Notes under the pieces: model-generated
Told to the model about the DNA's origin: nothing
Database searches by the model: none
Seen by the model: the letters and a program-made list of their open reading frames with translations, nothing else
Translations under genes and position numbers: made by a program
Shown: positions 11,169 through 22,678 of the stretch, one piece after another
Numbering within the stretch: position 1 is the first letter of the stretch
Layout of the letters: each line of letters begins with the position of its first letter
Source of the DNA: Felis catus
Lineage: Eukaryota
Reading direction: 5' to 3'
Assembly: GCF_018350175.1 (NCBI RefSeq)
Contig: NC_058376.1
Location: forward strand, 14,694,001 to 14,758,000
Length of the DNA: 64,000 nucleotides

Positions 11169-11374
11169 GGGCACCTGGATGGCTTGAGTAAGCATCAGAC
11201 TCTTGATTTCAGCTTGGGTCATGGTCTCACAGGGTGTGAGTTTGAGCCCCATTTCAGGCTCTATGCAGACAGTGCAGAGCCTGCTTGGGATTCTCTCTCC
11301 CTCTCTCTCTGCCCCTCGCCTTCTCTCATGCTCTCTCTCTCTCTCTGTCAAAATAAATAAATAAACATTTTTTT
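11169..11374 (+). mobile_element. SINEC
   Basis: Full body with imperfect TSD aagt(a/c)aa(g/a)tcatca. Confidence 0.92.
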
Positions 11375-11471
11375 AAGTCAAATCATCAACTGTCTTTGTT
11401 TTGAAAGAAATGATTTCATCTTTAATGTCTACTCCATATCTTCACATGATAAAATCTAGACATATATTTTT

Positions 11472-11691
11472 TATTGAAAATTTTTTTACGTTTATTTATT
11501 TTTGAGAGACAGAGTGAGACAAAGTGAGAATGAGGGAGAGGCAGAGAGAGAGGGAGACACAGGATCGGAAGCAGGCTCCAGGCTCTGAGCTGTCAACACA
11601 GAGCCCAATGCGGGGCTCGAACCCACAGACCATGAGATCATGAGCTGAGTCGAAGTCGGACTCTCAACTGACTGAGCCACCCAGATGCCCC
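11472..11691 (-). mobile_element. SINEC
   Basis: Full body with TSD tagacatata(t/c)tttt. Confidence 0.93.
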
Positions 11692-11961
11692 TAGACATAT
11701 ACTTTTAAGAAAACAAACAATTGTGGCCTTTTGTTCTGTATGGAGTGAGAAATTTCAATGTTTTTATGCAGAATAATTATAAATTGTAAAGGATATTAAA
11801 CATACTACATAATTTTAGAAAGAAGATTACTCTAATAACTGTATCCTAAAATATAAGAGAAAGTGGACTGAAATTCTCCAGTAGTAAATTAGACGTTAGT
11901 GAATTAGATTTGGTGAGGCTTCCATTAACCCCGTTCTGCTGACATAGAAGAAATCAAGTCT

Positions 11962-12050
11962 CAAGTGTTGAATCACTACATTGTACATCTGAAACTAATA
12001 TAACACTGTGTGTTAACTACAATGGAATTAAAATAAAATTTTAATAATAA
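11962..12050 (+). mobile_element. Carnivore L1 extreme 3' end
   Basis: gttgaatcactacattgtacatctgaaactaatataacactgtgtgttaactac matches the L1_Carn terminus. Confidence 0.85.
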
Positions 12051-13261
12051 TGGGAAAAAGAGACCAAATCTCTAAATTAAATATATAACACATTCCAATA
12101 TTTATTAGTAGGCAAGCACAGCAGAGTCAGTCCTGTAAGTTTGGTGAAGTCCCAACATGCTCCTGCTTTGCGGTTGTTTGGTTGATAACACTCATTGGAA
12201 AACAACAACGACAAAACAAAGCTCAAAGCCAATGCAAATATTCTGTTTCAGCATTCAGCCAAACATCCGGGCAGATGACAACCTTCGAATCAGCACCTCT
12301 GTCCCAGATTTTTACCCTCTCAGTCAAGGGCAATGTTACTGAAGGCACAGAGAGCTAAATTCTTACCCACAGGGTAACCGTATATCTTGGCCTATTCTTT
12401 CTGGCTTAGCATCCAGTCTCATTTTTTCATGGTCTTAGAGTTTTTACTTATGAGTGATCATTGAATTAATATAAGTGAGATAGGTTTGAGAGGCCTCCAC
12501 TCTACTTTGGTCATACTTTCAGCTAGTGGGGTATAAGATGCATATATAGTGAACAGAGTCTTTGCTTTAACCAATGTTAAATCTGAAAGAAGACAAGCCT
12601 TTTCTTATCCTTCCGTTGTTCACCCTTTTTGAATAAAATCAGATTATTGCTTTTCTTTCGCAGACAGTGTGCAAAGGCATCGCTAAGAAACGATTACACT
12701 CCGATACAAACGGTAGGACAGCTCACACATTCAAATCTTGGTGAAGGGTCATTTGTTTTTCTAACCTGGTCGGGACTGCTTTGGCTCTCTTGATGGGGCA
12801 CAACCTGCAATACGATACACCGTGTTACCAGTGGGTGGAGTTAGTGAGAGATTTGAGAATTACTGATTAGCTGTATATGAAATATGAGCATGCACTTGAG
12901 GCTGCCACACCACATATAAAGAATAATTTACATGCCCTTGCTGCCGTCGTTTGACCGCATATTATATTAGTTAAATCTGCAACTATTAGTTTTGTTTGGA
13001 AACATTTTCTTCTTTAAACTTTGCAAAATTTTATTCTTAGGAGCAATTACTCAAATGAAAAGTTCATATTCAATGAAGAAGGTAAATACAGAATTTCTGT
13101 TATTAAAGCAGGTTGACGGTGAATATATAATCTGAACCATAATTTGAAACTATTTACTATCCACTATGGAGGTCAGCAATGGCACTGACCACATGAAAAG
13201 TTAAGAGACAATTTTGCTGAAGAAGCATCAGTAGCTACTTCAAAGTAAAGTAACAGTTTTT

Positions 13262-13375
13262 TCCAAGTTTATTTATATTTTTATGTAAATAATCTCTGCA
13301 CCCAACATGGGACTCAAACTCATGACCCTGAGATCAAGAGTCACGTGCTCTTTCAACTGAGCCAACCAGGGGCCC
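13262..13375 (-). mobile_element. Short SINEC-type element
   Basis: gagatcaagagtcacgtgctctttcaactgagccaaccaggggccc head plus A-rich tail. Confidence 0.85.
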
Positions 13376-13396
13376 AAAGGTAGTTTTTATGATAAT

Positions 13397-13821
13397 GTGA
13401 GGAGAGAAAAATTCTCTAAAGGCCTGATATACAAGGGAAGCCATCTTAGACTTATTTCTAAGTCAGCCTGACTGTACATTAACTTTGTTCAAACCAAAAG
13501 CCTGATTGATGGCCGCCATAATGCATTGTATACCTACTTTGTGAATGAGGAGCCTTAAGGAAAACCATCTTGTCCTTGAGATATCGATCATTGCTCCTAC
13601 TTCCTGCATTCCTTCATTTCACAACTCATGATTTCTACCTATTTGTCAGTCTATAATATTTTTGAACTTTTCCAAGATTGTAAAAAAGTACATAACCCTG
13701 TAAAGACTGTTCATTCTCGGGAGCACTTTCTTTCCAGTGAAGATTGTGTTTTCTGGGCAGCTGTCCTAATTGGGGCTTGAGTAAGACTCTATTTTCATTC
13801 TATATTAGAGTTCTTGCTGGC
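13397..13821 (+). mobile_element. Probable ERV1-type solo LTR (family not determined)
   Basis: TG...CA ends with U3/R/U5-like composition (gccatctt, ctcgggagc, degenerate polyA region). No clear TSD. Confidence 0.45.
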
Positions 13822-14219
13822 AAATCTGCATCACCAAATGCTTCCAAAGATGATTATCATTAGCAGTTGCAAAAGATGTGTTAACATATCACTCGGGTAC
13901 ATACATTTTTATGTAGGTCGAATAACTATGCTAATGATCTTCACGCATGTTAAACCCTAAGTTTTCTCGTGCATTCGAAAAGAACACACACGCAAAAGCA
14001 ATAGCTGTTGACGTGCTCTTCCATTAGAGTTGTGTTTGTTTTACTCTTGTTCATTTGTTTCATATCAATTTAATTATTAGACCAGCCGAAGAACCTAAAG
14101 AGTGAGAGTAAAATGTTCTCCCAACACCATGTGAAGAATCCAAGGATGTAAAGCTATGGAAAGTTCATGATGCTCTATTTGACAATGTTAATGTGAAGCC
14201 ATTTAAATAGTTCAACCCT

Positions 14220-14436
14220 GGGGCGCCTGGGTGGCTCAGTCGGTTAAGCGTCCAACTTCAGCTCAGGTCACGATCTCGCGGTCTGTAAGTTCGAGCCCTG
14301 TGTCGGGCTCTGGGCTGACAGCCCAGAGCCTGGAGCCTGCTTCTGATTCTGTGTCTCCCTCTCTCTCTGACCCTCCCCCCGTTCATGCTCTGTCTCTCTC
14401 TGTCTCAAAAATAAATAAACTTAAAAAAAAATTTAA
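14220..14436 (+). mobile_element. SINEC_Fc-type, fairly young
   Basis: Perfect 14-bp TSD aaatagttcaaccc at 14205-14218 and 14437-14450. Confidence 0.96.
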
Positions 14437-15759
14437 AAATAGTTCAACCCGGAAGCTAAAATCATTGGTTGTTGCCTCAGGAATAATAAAAAATACAAAT
14501 ATGGTGAAGGGCAACATCATGGCAAAGATGGGTAAGATTCCTGTGGAGAAGCAATAGTTGTAAGTACTGTAAACAAATGACTCCTAATTGTATCCAAAAA
14601 AGCTTCAGTATCCTGCTAATCAAACTGGAAGCAGTAGTTTAAAAGCTTTAAAAGCAGTCACATATGTACGCACAGCAGGTTAGTTCGGCAATCAATGCTT
14701 TTCTTCACCTCATCTGTAACCTCTGTTGTATTATTAATTATCTTTGTGCTTTTGTGTTGCTGGTTTTAAGGTTATTAGTACGTTATTTTTACATGACAAA
14801 GCACACACAAAGAATTTTCTTTTGTTTCTTGCTTGGGTTAAGTACTCTGCCATGCTGGATTCTAAATCTTTTTTTTTTTTTCCTACATCTATGCTATTTC
14901 TGCATCTATAATCCTAGTTTACTCTACTCAAGGACTTTCCCATGATTTTTCTCAGATTGCCTCCTTCAACCTGACTCACCAAGATGGGAATAGAATTTAC
15001 AGTACCTGGGAGATGTCACAAGAGTTTGGTGATTTTATTTTTTTTTAATTTCATAGAGAAGTTTCTAGGGGGTGACAGGATTTGTGTTGGGGAATTTGAA
15101 GGGAAGATAAGAAATCTGTCAAGTTGCATAAGAATTATCTTCCTCTTCTTGTTTATTTTATCTTTTTAATTTTCAACAAGAAGCTAATTATCTCCAGTTT
15201 TTAGCTGCTGGTATTGAACTTGAATATACCAAGTGAGATGTAAGGGAGCTTTATTTTTTTTGTTCTTTTTTAACTATTTAAGTGTTCATAGCATTGGGTA
15301 TTGAGGAAGGGAACATCATGATGTGACACTAATAATGGCAATTAAACTGAATTGTCATAGCACTCAGGATTTCTAGTGATATCTTCCTGAGAGGAAATCA
15401 AATATTTCTCTCTCAGTGTATCATTAGGTATTATAGTTAATACACATATTTTTAAAAGAAATTAGCTCATCCTTCCTACAGGTTCTTCTTCTAAACTCTA
15501 AATTTATTTTCAGTTTTACTCTTTATTATGCATATCGCTCATGAGGCTAATGAAACAAAATGCCATAGGAGTTGAAGGCTATTCATATAAAACAATTTCT
15601 GTAGCACAAGAAATTGCTACAGATTCTGTAGCACAAGAAATTGGTACTCTGGTGAAATAAGGGGTTGCATATTTTTAAAAAAATCAGAAAAGAACAATAA
15701 AAGAGCTTCAGGAGATCAAATTCTGCTAGATCTTTGATTTATACACTTCGGCAAGCTTC

Positions 15760-15850
15760 TAATCCTTTGGAGTTTTTATTCCCTTATCTCTGGAAAGGTC
15801 TATAAGACAATGTTTATCTTTCTCACAGGGATGTTTGAACATTAAATGGA
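15760..15850 (+). mobile_element. MIR fragment
   Basis: ggcaagcttctaatcctttggagtttttattcccttatctctg...ctcacagggatgtt resembles the MIR core. Confidence 0.5.
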
Positions 15851-15949
15851 AGTGGTATATCTGATACCTCTCGCATCCTCCGTTATATCCTCATTCTCTC
15901 GCTCAGATCTGGGCACAGATATGGTGAACAATTTCATGCAGACTTCAAC

Positions 15950-16410
15950 CCTCTTTGCCCAGACAGGTCCTCCCCTGCCAAACACAGCACATCTTTCGTT
16001 CTTGACCTGGGCTTCTCTGAGGTTACAGCCAGGAAAACAAATGGAGCTCACGGTGAATCTTTCTTTGCACAATGAATAAAGTTCTAGGAAGTTAACATAC
16101 ATCTGGGACAATCTCGAACCAATGGTAGAGATGGGAGCTATTGAATACATGCTTCCACCTATCGATCAGATCCCGGCATAGACAATTCCAAGAGTCATTG
16201 TATACATTTCTGAAAAGCCCCAGGAAGATTGGGTCCCCACTGCCCACTGTAACAACAACTAAAAATATGTCCCTTAATGAGATTTTCCTCTCTGATTCTT
16301 TCACCTTCCATGATCTCCCCAACCTGCTCCCTGGGATCTTGTGCCAAGTAAACCACCTGCACCCAGTTTTCTGACTTCAGATTATTTTGGGGAGACAGAG
16401 ATTGAAGTTA
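15950..16410 (+). mobile_element. Degenerate ERVL LTR (LTR16/LTR33-like)
   Basis: 3' end aagtaaaccacctgcacccagtttt...ttggggagacagaga resembles LTR16/33 termini. Confidence 0.4.
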
Positions 16411-17087
16411 AGCCTCATAAACATAAATGCTTGTTCAACATTGCTTGGGTGTGTTTCTCTTTGCCTGATTCAGGTTGAACCTTGGAGAAGCATTAGGAGG
16501 TTATCCACACTTCCTTAACCCAGTTACTACCCATCTAAGATCACTGTGAATCTTACACATGTTTATAGGCAAGGTTCGGGAACACTTCCCCTGTGGCAGG
16601 CAGAGACCCTGGCACTTATGCTAACCAACAGAGAGCATATATAGCACCTGACCTGGGAGCTCATTTTTTTTTTTTCTGCTGAAAATCCACACTCAGATTC
16701 TAGACTTTGAGGTATGTGTCTGACGATGTGTAGCCTCACCTTATAAATTATATCGTATTCTTGTTGTCTGCATTTCTAGTTTATGTACCAATTTCTTTGT
16801 GTTCCTTTATCAGCAAAAACGCATGTCCTTTATTCTCAGGCAAATGTCACTGACAGTGAGACATGTACAATATAGACCTCCAGGAAATGACTACCCCCAA
16901 CAGGAAACATATCCAATGTCAACAGAAATGTGCTCAAATCTATCATGTGGTAAGTTCACAAACTTGGTTTCAGAGTCATATTGATATTCATCTAAATCTC
17001 CCAAATCCATAAAATACAAACAACTACAAGCAAATAATAATAATAAAAAGAAGATGAACAATATATTTGAGTGCCGGATTACATACA

Positions 17088-17093
17088 TTTATT
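17088..17093 (-). terminator. Candidate polyA signal of the KAP13 gene at 17325-17810
   Basis: tttatt about 230 nt past the stop. Confidence 0.55.
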
Positions 17094-17324
17094 AGATTAA
17101 AATTTTCATTTTCAATTGCATTTCAATGAAGCATATATTCAATCAATAGTACAGAATTTAGAACTTAATTTGAGAATACGCATTAAGTTCAGAGTCAGCC
17201 AGAAGTCGATGATGCAAGAAACTGATGATTTAGGAATAAAAGATTAGTAGTAATTGGTGGAAATGAAAATGGTGGCTGTGCCAAGTAGAGACTTTGACAT
17301 CAATTCTCAAAAGCATCTGGACCC

Positions 17325-17810
17325 TCAACAAGTTGATGTATAGAAGCCAGATTCACAGGTTGGCCTGTAACAGCTCCTCGAGGTAAAGTAGTTAGGGCGG
17401 CAGAATCTGGATCCATAAGCCAGCAGAGGGAAGCAATGGACTCTATAACCCAGGGGTCTGAAGCCCTGGGATCCATAGCCCAGTGAGTAGCAGCTTCTGG
17501 ACCCAAAGCCCACAGACCCAGGGTAAGCAGTCCAGCAGGGGCTGCAGAACGTGGAGGTCCTCGGGAGGGAGCAGGACGTCTGGCAGGGGCTGGACACCAC
17601 ACAGGACGTCCGGCAGCTGGTGGGCTCACAGCAGGTCTCCTGACAGCTGCTGTAGAGGGAGGTGCCCAGCTGGCAGGTGCTGGGAGAGCAGAGGTCAGTG
17701 CGGTAGACCAGGTTGCTGGGGTAGGAAGAGCCACAGGAGAAGCTTGGGTAGCGCAGGTAGCCCCCAAGGGAGCGGGAGGAGAAGTTTCCAGAGCAGCAGC
17801 TGTAGGACAT
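17325..17810 (-). CDS. KRTAP13: KAP13-family protein, copy A, 161 aa (positionally and C-terminally KRTAP13-4-like). True start is the internal ATG at 17810.
   Basis: [22 protein letters not shown]...CQETCCEPTSC...RPTCESGFYTSTC. TATATAAA at 17888-17895. The ORF-track ATG at 17888 lies in the TATA box. Confidence 0.9.
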   Translation of the reverse strand: MSYSCCSGNFSSRSLGGYLRYPSFSCGSSYPSNLVYRTDLCSPSTCQLGTSLYSSCQETCCEPTSCRTSCVVSSPCQTSCSLPRTSTFCSPCWTAYPGSVGFGSRSCYSLGYGSQGFRPLGYRVHCFPLLAYGSRFCRPNYFTSRSCYRPTCESGFYTSTC

Positions 17811-18113
17811 GTTGAAGGGAGATGTGAGTTCAGCTGAGTTACGGTGAGAAGACTCTGAGGTTGAATGTCGCCTCCTAGACTGGGGCATTTATATACCCTC
17901 AGCAGCAGGTGTGGTGGCCTGCATGGTCATCCTTTACGTATTTGTGCGTCTTCATTTACATATGTGTAACTCAGAAATCTCTGTAATTGCAGTTGGATAG
18001 TCTCCCACATCTTGTATTTATGGGTGCTATAATTTTGGTGTTACAGCCAAAGCCAATGAACTGCTCCTAGGTCAGAAATACCGTGACTGTATGACATTAA
18101 TGATCATCCCATC
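17439..18113 (-). repeat. Left arm of 675-bp inverted repeat (partner 22376-23050)
   Basis: Hand alignment: 1 difference in 303 nt of promoter/5'UTR and about 6 in 372 nt of CDS. Confidence 0.95.
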
Positions 18114-19570
18114 ATGATGAGGAAAGCACCAGAGCCAGGAGAGGAAAAGGCTTGTGCTTCCTGCATCTGCTTCTTGTGTATCAACATCTGGTTTTGTTGA
18201 TGGATGCCTCCCTCCTAAGAGTGGGGAATGAGATCACATCAATTTTTTTTTTCTGGTGCATGGATCGGAGGCACAGTTTCTACCTAGATGGAGCCTTCCT
18301 TGAAAGATCCCCCTTGTCAGCATTCATTCCCATGCTCCAGAATTACTTGGTGGTAATTCGTTATGCCAACAGTGGAGAGAGATGCACCAAGCACTAGTTA
18401 CCCACCGCGTCTCTTGTCCAATGAAGAGAGACAAAAGACGTAAAACAAAGACCGAGAGAAATGACCGGACATTGATGGACACCTTGCCACATACCTAAGG
18501 ATAGGGTGACAACAAAAGGGCGCGGTTGAAACAACCCGGGGAGGATCAATCTAAGTCCATCTCCGGGCAGTCAAGAAAAACACACCACTATGGTGAGGGC
18601 AGGGAACAGCGGAAAGAGAACCATATAAGCTTAGGGAGTTTAACCTTTTTTCTAGCGCATTCTTAAATGATGATCTGTTACACCCTGATGTCTTTATACT
18701 CAAAAAATTTCAACAGTAGTGTACCTTATGAATTTTGGTGTGCTATCCTTTTTTATCATCTTCATTTATAAATATCCAGGTCTTCTACCATCTCAGAATG
18801 TCTTAGCTTTTTACGGCACAGGGTTTGAATGTTATTTTGGTAGTTGCACAGCCAGGTACCTCCCTACGTTTTCTTGCCTAAATGTTTCTTTTCAGTCCCT
18901 TTTCCTCAGGGTACATGAATCTCTCTCTCTTTCTCTCTGTCTCTGTCTCTGTCCCTCTCTGTCTTCAACTCAATCTGTGCCCCCACCACTTTCCACTCTT
19001 GTTTTTTTCTGTGTTAAGTTTGATTACCTCCTTTTTCTTTCTTGTTTTGTTCTTTTTTGCCATTGTTGAACTAGAAATTGAAAGTGTTTTTTAAGTTTGA
19101 TAATCTATCGTATTCTTAGAGTATAACCAACTGCTTTCTAAGTTCCATGTTAAAATAATGTCAGTTAAAAAATAAATAAATAAAATGAAACCAGTGAAAT
19201 AATGTTTTAGACCTGGGAGAATGTAGTATCATGGTTGATGTCAATATTTTCTTATTTTACTTTCTAATAAAACTCTAATACACTCACAACGGTAATGATA
19301 ACAACTATTGAATTTTCTCAATAATTTGTACCCATTTTAAAAGCAGCATCATCTAGACCTTCTAGAAGGAAGAGGACTGAGTAGAGAAGTAAATGACCTC
19401 AATTCAAACAGCTACTTGGTGAGTCCTTGATTTTCCGTCCTTCAAAATTGGAATTTCTCCTTGCTCTGTGCGTCAGCAAATGGGCAAAGTATCCTATTGA
19501 TACAGTACTGTGGGTACTATTACTTCCCAATTTTTTCTGCTTTTAAACATAACTCTTTAAAATTATCTTA

Positions 19571-19885
19571 ATGTTGGTCAAAGAATGCAAGGTTTTAGTT
19601 ATGTGCGATGAATACATTCTGAGAATCTAATGTACAACATGGTAGCTATAGTTACTAATAATACAAATACCATGTTAATATAGTTAAAATTTGCTAAGAA
19701 AGATATTCTCAAGTGTTTTAACCACATGCACAAAAATTGTAACCATGTGGGATGGCAAAAAATCAAAAATTGTTTGATTTTGATAATCATTCACAATGTA
19801 GATTTATATCTAAATATCACATCATACACCTTAAATACATATAACTTATTTGTCTCTTGTACTTCAGTAAAGCTGGAAAAAAGCA
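19571..19885 (+). mobile_element. L1MA-type 3' end
   Basis: aatctaatgtacaacatggtagctatagtt...tttgctaag...cacatcatacaccttaaata...cagtaaagctggaaaaaa. Confidence 0.85.
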
Positions 19886-20964
19886 AAATAATCTTGAATA
19901 TAAAACTTGTGGATTAAAAGGGAGCATAGATGTATTAGGCAAATTGCAAAAGTTAATGAATTTGTCTTCAATTACTCTTGGTTCCTTGTTCAAGTATCCT
20001 TCTTAACACGAGGTATTCTTCTCATCCTTTTGCATCTAAATCTCTAAATCTTCATCCACATTAAGTTAATATAATTTTCAGAAAGATTTGTCAATTCCCC
20101 AACCTTGGGCTAATTCCTTAACCTTGGACCCAGAGATTATATTATTTGTTTTATATAGCATAGACTTCCACATTTTTTTGAACTGATTTATTTATCAACA
20201 ATTAAAAATTGTGATACTTCACATAAAATTTATCACTCGGGGCTGTACCTGTAGTGGCTTCTGATCTGCAACGCAGTGTAAAGTGTGTGTACGTGGTATG
20301 GAAATTGCAGACAGAGTTGGAAAGAAAGGCTGAACGCCCACAATGGTAGCATTTGAATCTCCTGGATTTGGTAGGTGTCGTCTACTACCATTGAAACTAC
20401 TATAACACGACTTTTAAATGGTCACCTTCACTGTAGCAACTCACTTATTTGAATCATTCCTAAGTATTGTTAAAATAAAAATTTTCAAAATTACATATAA
20501 TTAGCAAGTTAATGTTGCTTAAAATACTGAAACTTTTCTCTCAATGAGAATAGAAAATACCTAAGTATGCCAGAGTCCCAGAGGTACTCTATGGGCCAGA
20601 ACTAAGTCAAAAGAAATGAACCTACATCTGGAGTTGCCATTCGCTTAAAATTGTATGTTGATTTTGAAAGTACTGACTGAGAGGCTAAGAGAATTCCATA
20701 AACTCACTGGGCTTAAGAAATAATATTGGAATTCAGCATCTACCAGAGTTGAGGTCATGTCAAATATCCCAGACCTTGGAGAGCCAATTCCTAGAAGTAA
20801 AATTGAATTGTTAATAAACAGCTTTTTCATACAGACTGAAGCCCAGGTTTGAACCATCTCAACCACTGATTGGATTAAAACGACCCAGGGTGCTGTGACC
20901 TTATCCTAGAAGCCTGCCTGAAGCATAAGTCAATTCTTTCTGGAAAAGGGTACATCATTCTGGG

Positions 20965-20965
<1 letters not shown>

Positions 20966-21007
<42 letters not shown>
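20966..21007. repeat. (TG)n microsatellite
   Basis: Directly visible. Confidence 0.98.
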
Positions 21008-21010
<3 letters not shown>

Positions 21011-21147
21011 CACAAATATATATCTATTAACCTCTCAAAATATTGTGGGAATATGAGAAGAAAAGACAAACAAAAGAGAACACCAGAAAACACAATCTGA
21101 AATACATGGTCCACATTTCAAAATCAAACATTAAAATAATTACGTGA

Positions 21148-21371
21148 GGGGCGCCTGGGTGGCGCAGTCGGTTAAGCGTCCGACTTCAGCCAGGTCACGA
21201 TCTCGCGGTCCGTGAGTTCGAGCCCCGCGTCAGGCTCTGGGCTGATGGCTCGGAGCCTGGAGCCTGTTTCCGATTCTGTGTCTCCCTCTCTCTCTGCCCC
21301 TCCCCTGTTCATCCTCTGTCTCTCTCTGTCCCAAAAATAAATAAACGTTGAAAAAAAATTAAAAAAAAAAT
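21148..21371 (+). mobile_element. SINEC_Fc, young
   Basis: Perfect 15-bp TSD aaaataattacgtga at 21133-21147 and 21372-21386. CpGs intact. Confidence 0.97.
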
Positions 21372-22375
21372 AAAATAATTACGTGAAGAAGAATTTAACA
21401 ATAGGAAATAGGAAGGTATTATTAAGAAATGATTACGTTTAAAGAAGTAAATGTAAGATTGAGAATTTTGGCAGAAAAGTAAAAGCCACACAACAGAACC
21501 TCATTGAAATATTGGAAATTTACAATATATCTGATTTATAAAACTTAACTGATATGTTTTATCAGGAGAGGGAACAAAGCGGAACAGAAAATGAATGAAT
21601 TGGGAGATGGGGTAGAAAGAAATTCCCAAGCTAAAGCATAAAGTCATAAAAAGAATGAAAACAGAGAAAAGAGTCTAAGAGGCATATGTAACATAGGTTA
21701 ATAGTGTACTTTGCTCATAACTGGAATCAGAGACATCCCGTGTGTCCCAGGACCTAGTTTCTCTAATATCTCTGCTGTATCATAGCACAATGGGGCCCTT
21801 AGTCAACTAAGCCTCCTGCAGTTGAGGATCTGAGAAGGAAATTCTCAGGGCTGATACACGTATGGATGAGAATCTATTAGGACTACAGGCTTCATATCAG
21901 ATATATTGAATCTAAAACCCAATTATTTTCTTCCCTCATTTAAATATTGCTTAGTCCTTTGATTCTCCTCCTAAAGGCCCCCACTGATCTCCACTTGCAA
22001 TTCTGCTTTGGTACTGTCCCTCACTGTAGCCATGTCTCCAAATAAATGTCCAGGCTTCTCTCTGTGCCTTTAACAGTCAATGATCGGCTGGCATCTTTTC
22101 CCCCTTCCATTGGATCTGAGACATATTGTGTAAGAGAATGTGGATATAGATGGACAATAATTTTGGAAAATGAGAAAACATGGTGACAAGTAAGGTCAGT
22201 ATTTACTATGTTCCTACTAAAGCCAAAACTATGCCTCTGATCAATTGACAAAGAAGGAAAATAGTTATATTTTATTTCCTACCATTTGAGAAAAGTATGT
22301 GCCCATTATTGCCGGAAACAAAATACCTGACGATTCTGATTCTGACAAGAGGAAAGGAAAGGCTTTCCTGGCTTA

Positions 22376-22678
22376 GATGGGATGATCATTAATGTCATAC
22401 AGTCACGGTATTTCTGACCTAGGAGCAGTTCATTGGCTTTGGCTGTAACACCAAAATTATAGCACCCATAAATACAAGATGTGGGAGACTATCCAACTGC
22501 AATTACAGAGATTTCTGAGTTACACATATGTAAATGAAGACGCACAAATACGTAAAGGATGACCATGCAGGCCACCACACCTGCTGCTGAGGGTATATAA
22601 ATGCCCCAGTCTAGGAGGTGACATTCAACCTCAGAGTCTTCTCACCGTAACTCAGCTGAACTCACATCTCCCTTCAAC
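22376..22678 (+). promoter_or_regulatory. KAP13 promoter and 5'UTR: HOXC13-type CCCATAAA (22465-22472), octamer-like ATGTAAAT (22528-22535), CACACC box, TATATAAA (22594-22601), CTCAGCTGAACTC leader
   Basis: Motifs occur at conserved positions in the other KAP13 copies. Confidence 0.7.

Larger units (their letters stand above)
20570..21730 (+). mobile_element. Ancient L1 5'/ORF1 fragment, interrupted by (TG)n and a SINE
   Basis: A-rich, degenerate ORF1-like sequence (gaaatattggaaatt...gaattgggagat...gaaaagagtctaagag). Confidence 0.55.

Noticed and set aside
17811-17888. 26-aa N-terminal extensions of copies A and C (MPQSRRRH...)
   Set aside because: The ATG is inside the TATA box, upstream of any normal TSS, and paralogs start at the downstream aacATG.
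21148-21230. tRNA-like heads with A and B boxes
   Set aside because: These are SINEC 5' regions, not tRNA genes. No rRNA, tRNA or CRISPR array is supported in this window.
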